DNA of 13,506 nucleotides from an uncultured Eubacteriales bacterium (lineage in GTDB: Bacteria > Bacillota > Clostridia > TANB77 > RGIG9151). Below, one piece after another: positions 8,248-13,506 of the stretch (the first letter of the stretch is position 1; every line of letters starts with the position of its first letter). Where the stretch lies: the NCBI GenBank assembly GCA_964631135.1, contig CAZVVZ010000022.1, positions 1-13,506 of the forward strand. Direction: 5' to 3'. The position numbers were made by a program, and so were the translations under genes. The notes under the pieces were generated by a model. The model saw nothing but the letters and a program-made list of their open reading frames with translations. It searched no databases and was not told the origin of the DNA.

Positions 8248-8434
8248 GAGGCTGCTGAAAAAGTCTTCGAAATAAAAAAATAGCACAGATGCCATATAGC
8301 TTAAAAGATGCGAATATTCACAGGAAAACATCCTATGATGTAGGATAAGAGGTTTCCGTCGTGAATCCTGAGCAACGTTAAACTATATGACATCTGTGCT
8401 ATTTTTTTATTTCGAAGACTTTTTCAGCAGCCTC
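8248..8434 (+). mobile_element. Hairpin repeat element, family 2, copy E (complete, 187 bp)
   Basis: A 43-bp perfect terminal inverted repeat runs GAGGCTGCTGAAAAAGTCTTCGAAATAAAAAAATAGCACAGATG ... CATCTGTGCTATTTTTTTATTTCGAAGACTTTTTCAGCAGCCTC. The core has the family 1 layout: GAAT 8312-8315, ATTCAC 8316-8321, GTC 8358-8360, GTGAAT 8361-8366 and CCTGA 8367-8371. It is flanked by the exact direct repeat ATTTTAATG at 8239-8247 and 8435-8443. Confidence 0.85.
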
Positions 8435-8493
8435 ATTTTAATGTTTCCTATTTAATTAAACCTAGCCAATAACTCTAGGATAAAAAAGCTTCG

Positions 8494-9228
8494 TCAAAGC
8501 TGAGGAATAAAGGTCGGCATCAATTGTAACTTAAATAAATTCCTATTATGCAATTCGTCAATCCTTTCTTTGATGCTTCCATCTTCTATTTCACCGGTAC
8601 GAATATATCTGTCTAAGACTGCATATGGAAATCCCAAATTATCCTCGTCTGTTTTCCCACATAAACCATCCTCTGGAACTTTATTAACTAATTTTGCAGG
8701 TAGATTTAACACTCTACCTATTTCTTTGATTTCAGTTACCGTAAGATTAGATAAAGGTGAAAAATCACCAACAGAGTCACCATATCTTGTTGAATATCCT
8801 ACCCAATCTTCAGATAAATTACAAGTATTTGCAACTCGTCCATTTAAGCTCTGCGAAACTGCATAAAGTGTAGACATTCTAATACGTGCGGGCAAATTTT
8901 CAACAGTTTGCTTAGTAATATTTATCTCAGCTTTTATCTTATCTAAAATACCGTCTATGCTATCTCTTATATTTACTACATAACTTTTTATTTCCAAATG
9001 ATTAACTAGCATATACGAATCACTTATATCCGCCTGTTCGCCATTTGGCATTAGTACACCAATAACTCTTTCTTTTCCCAATGCCTCTACGCATAGAGCC
9101 GCAACAATTGAACTATCTTTCCCACCAGAAATACCCACAATGGCATTGCAACCTTTCCCGTTTTTATCAAAGAAGCCCCTTATCCATTCTACACATTCAT
9201 TTTTTACTTTCATAGCATCAAACAACAT
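8494..9228 (-). CDS. nadE: NH3-dependent NAD+ synthetase
   Basis: The PP-loop motif GISGGKDSS is present, and the ~244 aa size is typical of single-domain NadE. The start ATG overlaps the nadV stop (TAATG at 9230-9226). Confidence 0.9.
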   Translation of the reverse strand: MLFDAMKVKNECVEWIRGFFDKNGKGCNAIVGISGGKDSSIVAALCVEALGKERVIGVLMPNGEQADISDSYMLVNHLEIKSYVVNIRDSIDGILDKIKAEINITKQTVENLPARIRMSTLYAVSQSLNGRVANTCNLSEDWVGYSTRYGDSVGDFSPLSNLTVTEIKEIGRVLNLPAKLVNKVPEDGLCGKTDEDNLGFPYAVLDRYIRTGEIEDGSIKERIDELHNRNLFKLQLMPTFIPQL

Positions 9229-10703
9229 TAAAATCTACCTCCGTGTAAAATATTTCTTATTTCGGACAAAGTCTGTTCTTTTATCATCTTGCCATCTTTA
9301 AAAACTGTAACTAATTCATTTTTTGCATTAGACGTAACTTCATTCCAATTAAATCCGTCTTTGTATATATAATTACCGCTCTCGTCTTTCGTAACTATGC
9401 AACAACCTTTTTGCGATTTCTTAAACCCGCCATCCTTTGGATTCTTAAATATAGGATAAGGAACATTATCAATCTCACAATAAGTCGCCTTAATACACGA
9501 ACTAAAAGTGTCTCTTGTAAAAGGCTTTAATATTCCGTTTTCTTCAATGCATTGCATTGAAAATGAACCAACTCCCAAAGCTACATTTGAGCAGGCAAAA
9601 CCATTATCCATAAGTATTTTATAAATATGTTCACATCTTTCAATAGTTATTGAATCACCATAAATAGCTTTTACATGTGGATCTAAAACTTTATATCCTT
9701 TACTATTAGTAGTTCCACCAAATTCGTCCCATAGTTTAAAAACTGTTTTAGTAACTACCTCGACACAATCACCCGAATCTCCACGCATTAGCATACAACC
9801 ATTGTGATTTAGTATTTCAGGTTTTAATTGAGGCAAAATATTGTCTATAACATTCCAATAATCATATGAATCAAGCACAGCAGAAAAACTTGTATTGGGA
9901 TATATTTCTGTTAATAACCTTCTTAGGAGAGTAATTTCATCTCCGTCAATCGCATAGTTACTACACATTACAGAGTGCTCCGTACTTGGACTTCCAAATG
10001 CAACTGCTTCCTTAGTACAATCACAATTATACATTTTTTCAAGATATGGAACGGTTGGAACCGTAGCAGTATTTAAAAATGATAAACACCACCCTGCGCC
10101 GGCTTTAATTGCAGACTGAGTACATTCCTCACCCCTAAAATCAAATGCGCCAAGAGCTTTTGACTTTGGAATATTATCATCGCAAGTAAGCTCGTAGTAT
10201 TTATCTACTATTTGCCTATATGTATATCCTACAGTTGCTGCAATCATAGGATGCCAACTTTCAGCCGAAATAAAACTTTCTAGCGATTGCGGAAGCCAAG
10301 CGAATTCAGGATGCGTATTTGTAATTCCAAACATTGGAACATGCATCGGGACTTTAGCCCCCTCTGGTAAAGCAACAATTTCAATAGGCAAATACCCCAA
10401 TTTATGAAGTTTTTCAATTTTTTCTATTTTATAGGCATCCTTCCCTAAAGTTGCATCCATAATTCTTCTATATTCACCTATTACTTCGTCAAATGGTTTA
10501 TTGAAAAATTCTTCATTAAAATAATCAATCAAATAGCTTTTTATAAATCCTTGAAGCCCAAACATAACAACCTTATCCCACATATCAACTCTGCTTAGTC
10601 TTGGAGTAAAATACGATACAGATTTTGTTATTTTTTCAGGTAACATTTCTGCATGTACAGCCTTATAAAAGTCTATAAGTAACATAGGATTAATTTTATT
10701 CAT
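9228..10703 (-). CDS. nadV: Nicotinamide phosphoribosyltransferase family protein (NAMPT/NadV-like)
   Basis: The N-terminal NPMLLIDFYKAVH matches the NAMPT (L)xTDSYKxxH signature. The ~490 aa size fits, and the gene sits in a NAD gene context. The track start at 10709 is a TTG inside the upstream gene. The ATG at 10703 follows AGAGGTG by 7 nt and overlaps the upstream stop (ATGAATAA). Confidence 0.88.
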   Translation of the reverse strand: MNKINPMLLIDFYKAVHAEMLPEKITKSVSYFTPRLSRVDMWDKVVMFGLQGFIKSYLIDYFNEEFFNKPFDEVIGEYRRIMDATLGKDAYKIEKIEKLHKLGYLPIEIVALPEGAKVPMHVPMFGITNTHPEFAWLPQSLESFISAESWHPMIAATVGYTYRQIVDKYYELTCDDNIPKSKALGAFDFRGEECTQSAIKAGAGWCLSFLNTATVPTVPYLEKMYNCDCTKEAVAFGSPSTEHSVMCSNYAIDGDEITLLRRLLTEIYPNTSFSAVLDSYDYWNVIDNILPQLKPEILNHNGCMLMRGDSGDCVEVVTKTVFKLWDEFGGTTNSKGYKVLDPHVKAIYGDSITIERCEHIYKILMDNGFACSNVALGVGSFSMQCIEENGILKPFTRDTFSSCIKATYCEIDNVPYPIFKNPKDGGFKKSQKGCCIVTKDESGNYIYKDGFNWNEVTSNAKNELVTVFKDGKMIKEQTLSEIRNILHGGRF

Positions 10704-11505
10704 AATCAAACACCTCTATTTTCTCATTATTTCCAGTAAATATTGTTTTTACAGTAAATACTTTCTCTATTTCCTTACCTTTAATTACTTCACCATCAAA
10801 AATTGTATTTTCACAATGTGTAACATACAAATAAATTTTATTTGCACCAAGCTCTTTTAATCTCTTAGCACTCAAATAAAAAGTACCACCACGGCTCGAA
10901 ATATCATCTATTATCAAAACATTTCCACCCTTAACCAATTCTGCTTGTCCCAATATATCAAGTCCACAAATCTCACCATTTTCCCAATTCCTTTTCTTCA
11001 TTCCAAAAGCATAAGGCTTATCTATCATTTTTGAATAGCGTTTCATTGCTCCTTCATCAGGATAAAACATAATTAAATTCTCGGACTCGTTTTTCACTTT
11101 TGAAATAGCCATTTCGATATATTTCTTTGGTGTTTCAACAATTATATTGTTAAATAACGCTTCACTTACATTAGAATGTGGGTCTAATACAGACACCGAT
11201 GTAAAATTTAAAAAATTTATAATTTCTGCAAAATACTTCAAAGTAAATACATCTTCATCATTTTTCACTCTGTCTTGCCTTGCATTTGGAATATATGGCA
11301 TTCTTAAATGAATATTTTTTATTCCATGGGAATTTAAGTGCTTTGTTAAATAGATAAGTGTAACCAATTCTTCATTGTTTTCAAAAAGCCATGTAATAGT
11401 TGCACTCCTAGCCTCAGAAAAATCTTTCGCAATGTTTTCTTTTAGCAAAATAGTTCCATCCGGAAATTTTTCATGGGTTATTATTTTATTATCTAATTTT
11501 ATCAT
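10696..11505 (-). CDS. Ribose-phosphate pyrophosphokinase (Prs) family protein, short divergent NadV-associated type
   Basis: Prs-like motifs are PYIPNARQDR (canonical PY.GYARQDR), LDPHS (canonical DLHA) and the PRPP/ribose-phosphate loop VLIIDDISSRGGT. At 269 aa it is shorter than the roughly 315 aa I recall for housekeeping Prs. The RBS GGAGA lies inside the pncA 3' end, 2 nt past the pncA stop. Confidence 0.8.
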   Translation of the reverse strand: MIKLDNKIITHEKFPDGTILLKENIAKDFSEARSATITWLFENNEELVTLIYLTKHLNSHGIKNIHLRMPYIPNARQDRVKNDEDVFTLKYFAEIINFLNFTSVSVLDPHSNVSEALFNNIIVETPKKYIEMAISKVKNESENLIMFYPDEGAMKRYSKMIDKPYAFGMKKRNWENGEICGLDILGQAELVKGGNVLIIDDISSRGGTFYLSAKRLKELGANKIYLYVTHCENTIFDGEVIKGKEIEKVFTVKTIFTGNNEKIEVFDYE

Positions 11506-11507
11506 AA

Positions 11508-12038
11508 CTATTCTCCTATCACATCAATTTGGCATGACTTCATAGTTTCTAATGCTGATTTGTGTTTATCAGGTGTTACCCCAGCGCAACAAGTTGAGTC
11601 AACCAGTATAGTAGCTTCAGGAAAAGTAGCCTTTAATATTAAAGCATTAGACACCACACAAATATCTGTACAAAGTCCTACCATCTCAATTTCCATATTT
11701 TCTTCCCCAACAACGTTTTTTATTAAGTTAGGTAAATCTATAGAACCAAAAGTAATCTTCTCAACAATTTTGTGTTTCTTATTCATAAGGGCTTTATTTA
11801 CCTTATCATTCAAATTCCATCCATTAGTGCCTTTTATACAATGTGGTACCGGTAATTTTCTTCCCTCTGATGTTTCCATATAATTGTTATAATGCGTATC
11901 TAATGTAACAAAAATTTCACCTTCAAACTCAGTAATTTTCTTCACAACATTATCTACAATTAACTCAGCTTCCTTTGTACCTAGTGCACCATCAATAAAA
12001 TCATTCTGCATGTCCACTACAATTAGAATCTTTTTCAT
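11508..12038 (-). CDS. pncA: Nicotinamidase (isochorismatase-family cysteine hydrolase)
   Basis: It carries LIVVDMQNDF (catalytic Asp), a lysine-containing middle region, and GLCTDICV with the catalytic Cys. The size is 176 aa. A strong RBS, GGAGAGAGG, is present. Confidence 0.88.
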   Translation of the reverse strand: MKKILIVVDMQNDFIDGALGTKEAELIVDNVVKKITEFEGEIFVTLDTHYNNYMETSEGRKLPVPHCIKGTNGWNLNDKVNKALMNKKHKIVEKITFGSIDLPNLIKNVVGEENMEIEMVGLCTDICVVSNALILKATFPEATILVDSTCCAGVTPDKHKSALETMKSCQIDVIGE

Positions 12039-12096
12039 AAGCCTCTCTCCTTTTTATTTTAATAAATTACTAACTAATACAATTGCTGTTCATGCC

Positions 12097-12927
12097 TTAA
12101 CACTTTCTTCTAAAAAGCTTGGCTGGTCGATGACCCGCTCCGCTTTTATATTCATCTGTTTCAGTTACATATTCTGATATTTTCCTCCTAAAGTTACCTA
12201 CATACAATGATATATTTAATATTGCTTCTTGAACTTTTTGTAATTCATATAATGTAAATTTCTCTGGCAGGAAATCAAAAATTATATCGTAATTTTCTGC
12301 TTTATTCTTTAATAACATCAACGCAGTTGAAATTATTTGTGCATGATCAAAAGCCAGCTCACCCGGGTCTATTATTTTAAATTTGCTAATATTAAATTTT
12401 TTATTTTCTAATTTAAGAGAACTTTTAATTAAAGTTTCTTCGTTAGTAAGTTTTAACTCATATATATTATCTTCCTTTTGTTCTAAAGATACTTCAAACC
12501 ATCTAACATCTACCGAATCACCTCCACACTTTTCTTTTTCCAAATCATCCCCTACGATAGATAAATAAGCATTTGATATTATTCTTCCTCTTGGATCTCT
12601 ATCAATAGCACTAAATGTATCTACTAACATAAGTGAATTAGGAATTATATTAGTTTCCTCTTTTATTTCCCTATAAGCACACTCCTCAAGAGTCTCTTTT
12701 TGTCTCAAAAACCCTCCCGGCAATGCCCACTTATTTAAAAATGGGTACTCGCCTCTCCGAATAAGAAGTATCGATAAATGGCTCTTATTATTCTGACGAT
12801 AATTATATGAGTCCTCATCTTTCATTGTAAAAACAGCAATATCTGTCGCAACAGATGGTCTATCATAATTTTCTATTTTATAATTATCCAGAAAATTTTT
12901 TTCTTCATCTTTTTTTACTTTTGTCAT
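12097..12927 (-). CDS. nrtR: Nudix-related transcriptional regulator of NAD metabolism (N-terminal Nudix domain, C-terminal winged-helix domain)
   Basis: The Nudix box is GGFLRQKETLEECAYREIKEETNI. An additional ~100 aa C-terminal region (ELQKVQEAILNISLYVGNFRRKI...) is consistent with the NrtR wHTH. It is the first gene of a NAD salvage operon. The RBS GGAGA lies 6 nt before the ATG. Confidence 0.8.
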   Translation of the reverse strand: MTKVKKDEEKNFLDNYKIENYDRPSVATDIAVFTMKDEDSYNYRQNNKSHLSILLIRRGEYPFLNKWALPGGFLRQKETLEECAYREIKEETNIIPNSLMLVDTFSAIDRDPRGRIISNAYLSIVGDDLEKEKCGGDSVDVRWFEVSLEQKEDNIYELKLTNEETLIKSSLKLENKKFNISKFKIIDPGELAFDHAQIISTALMLLKNKAENYDIIFDFLPEKFTLYELQKVQEAILNISLYVGNFRRKISEYVTETDEYKSGAGHRPAKLFRRKC

Positions 12928-12957
12928 TGTTATTCTCCTTCTGATATTATCAATTTA

Positions 12958-12987
12958 ATAATAACACACGAATTATGTTTTTGTCAA
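12958..12987 (-). promoter_or_regulatory. Candidate sigma-A promoter of the nrtR-pncA-prs-nadV-nadE operon
   Basis: On the minus strand the promoter reads TTGACA (12987-12982), an 18-nt spacer ending in TGT, then TATTAT (12963-12958), i.e. an extended -10. It lies about 30 nt upstream of the nrtR ATG. Confidence 0.6.
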
Positions 12988-12999
12988 TACAATTTGTAT
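12987..12999. promoter_or_regulatory. Perfect 13-bp palindrome abutting the -35 box (candidate NrtR operator)
   Basis: ATACAA-T-TTGTAT is a 6-1-6 perfect palindrome touching the -35 hexamer. The 10-mer AATACAATT(T/G) recurs at 12076-12085 in the nrtR-pncA spacer. Confidence 0.35.
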
Positions 13000-13016
13000 G
13001 TTATGTTTTATGCTAG

Positions 13017-13175
13017 GTTTACTGTTCAGACTACTATGCGAAAATAATATATATGTTTTAAAAGGAACGAATATTTGCAGAAAGACTTCCCGCATTTTTT
13101 TAAGTCTTTCGTCGCAAATCCTGAGTTCCTTTTAAAACATATATATTATTTTCGCATAGTAGTCTGAACAGTAGC
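13017..13175 (+). mobile_element. Hairpin repeat element, family 1, copy D (complete, 159 bp)
   Basis: A 49-bp perfect stem pairs 13020-13068 with 13125-13173. The core is GAAT 13069-13072, ATTTGC 13073-13078, A 13079, GAAAGACTT 13080-13088, AAGTCTTTC 13102-13110, GTC 13111-13113, GCAAAT 13114-13119 and CCTGA 13120-13124. It is flanked by the exact direct repeat TATGCTAG at 13009-13016 and 13176-13183. Confidence 0.88.
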
Positions 13176-13259
13176 TATGCTAGTTGCTATTCAAACTTGA
13201 TTTAATAAAACTTAGTATTTAAGCCACTCACAACAATAATTTCTTTTCGGAAAAATATT

Positions 13260-13300
13260 AAAAAAAATATCTCGGTTGAAATTTAAGCCAACCGAGATAT
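13260..13300 (-). terminator. Rho-independent terminator of the upstream SPFH-like gene (possibly bidirectional)
   Basis: A perfect 12-bp stem pairs ATATCTCGGTTG (13267-13278) with CAACCGAGATAT (13289-13300) across a 10-nt loop. An A-run lies on the + side at 13260-13266, giving a U-tract on the minus strand. TTTTT follows on the + strand. Confidence 0.8.
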
Positions 13301-13320
13301 TTTTAGTGAGTTTTAATTCA

Positions 13321-13506
13321 TTACTTTACGATCTCACTAACATCAAACATCATATTTTCTCCGCCTGTAATAGTTGGAAGTTTACCATCCCATTTTTCTA
13401 AAAACGTCATTTGTAGAGTTTTGTCTGTAATCTCTTGATTCTTTAATTTATAGCTTTCAGCTTCGGCTTGTGCTTTAGCAATCTGCTGTTCAGCCTCAAC
13501 TTTGAC
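13321..13506 (-). CDS. 3' end of an SPFH/band-7 (prohibitin/HflC-like) family gene, truncated by the window edge
   Basis: My manual translation of the minus strand gives VKVEAEQQIAKAQAEAESYKLKNQEITDKTLQMTFLEKWDGKLPTITGGENMMFDVSEIVK, with the stop at 13323-13321. The Ala/Glu-rich coiled segment followed by EKWDGKLP is what I recall from SPFH-family C-termini. The ORF is not in the supplied track because it has no start in the window. Confidence 0.6.
   Translation of the reverse strand, partial: VKVEAEQQIAKAQAEAESYKLKNQEITDKTLQMTFLEKWDGKLPTITGGENMMFDVSEIVK

Noticed and set aside
8291-8392. Using stem mismatches to decide which strand of the elements folds as RNA
   Set aside because: The two mismatches in the E arms are C-A on the + strand (G-U on the minus strand). 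The mismatches in the B and C arms are T-G on the + strand. The evidence conflicts and is compatible with random transitions.
8461-8479. The short hairpin CCTAG...CTAGG just after the nadE stop as the operon terminator
   Set aside because: It has only a 5-bp stem with a 9-nt loop and a mixed T/A tail. It is much weaker than the 8201-8236 terminator and may cause at most partial termination.
12039-12096. A NAD+ riboswitch (nadA or pnuC motif) in the operon leader or the nrtR-pncA spacer
   Set aside because: The leader from the predicted TSS to the nrtR ATG is only about 25 nt. The 58-nt spacer has no stable helices, so there is no room for a riboswitch aptamer.
13069-13124. A self-cleaving ribozyme in the element core (hammerhead CUGA/GAAA/GUC strings; hairpin-ribozyme-like AGAA/GUC and AAUAUU strings)
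   Set aside because: The strings are present, but the helix topology does not fit. The strand 5' of GAAA pairs with the strand 3' of GUC, which is impossible in a hammerhead three-way junction. The two internal loops sit in one coaxial hairpin without the hinge needed for hairpin-ribozyme docking. AGAA is also not conserved: it is CGAA in copy B and AGGA in copy E.
1-13175. The repeated ~150 bp sequences as a CRISPR array
   Set aside because: The copies are kilobases apart, separated by housekeeping genes, are themselves long palindromes, and vary in length. There is no regular repeat-spacer periodicity and no cas genes.

Overview
This is a low-GC, Firmicutes/Clostridia-like chromosomal segment, identified from protein motifs only because no database search was possible. 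All supported genes lie on the minus strand. In transcription order (high to low coordinates) the window holds: the 3' end of an SPFH/band-7-like gene with a strong terminator; hairpin element D; a tightly packed five-gene NAD operon (nrtR, pncA, short Prs-like, nadV, nadE); hairpin element E; a terminator; hairpin element C; a promoter with topB-tex; a promoter with a DnaD-domain gene and a DnaI/DnaC-like helicase loader; hairpin element B; a terminator-like leader hairpin; aspartate kinase; and a partial hairpin element A at the window edge.

The most unusual content is non-coding. Five copies of 150-190 bp long-hairpin elements occupy the operon junctions. Three are flanked by exact 8-9 bp direct repeats, which look like target-site duplications. 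The copies fall into two families with unrelated termini but the same asymmetric central core: conserved unpaired GAAT / CCTGA and A / GTC, separated by helices that covary. All five have the same polarity. I could not match them to a named repeat or RNA family from memory.

The second point of interest is the NAD operon. A divergent short Prs-like gene is translationally coupled to a NAMPT-like gene under an ADP-ribose-sensing NrtR-type regulator, and two near-identical hairpin elements bracket the operon. This raises the testable possibility of an ADPR-based NAD+ reconstitution route rather than plain PRPP supply.
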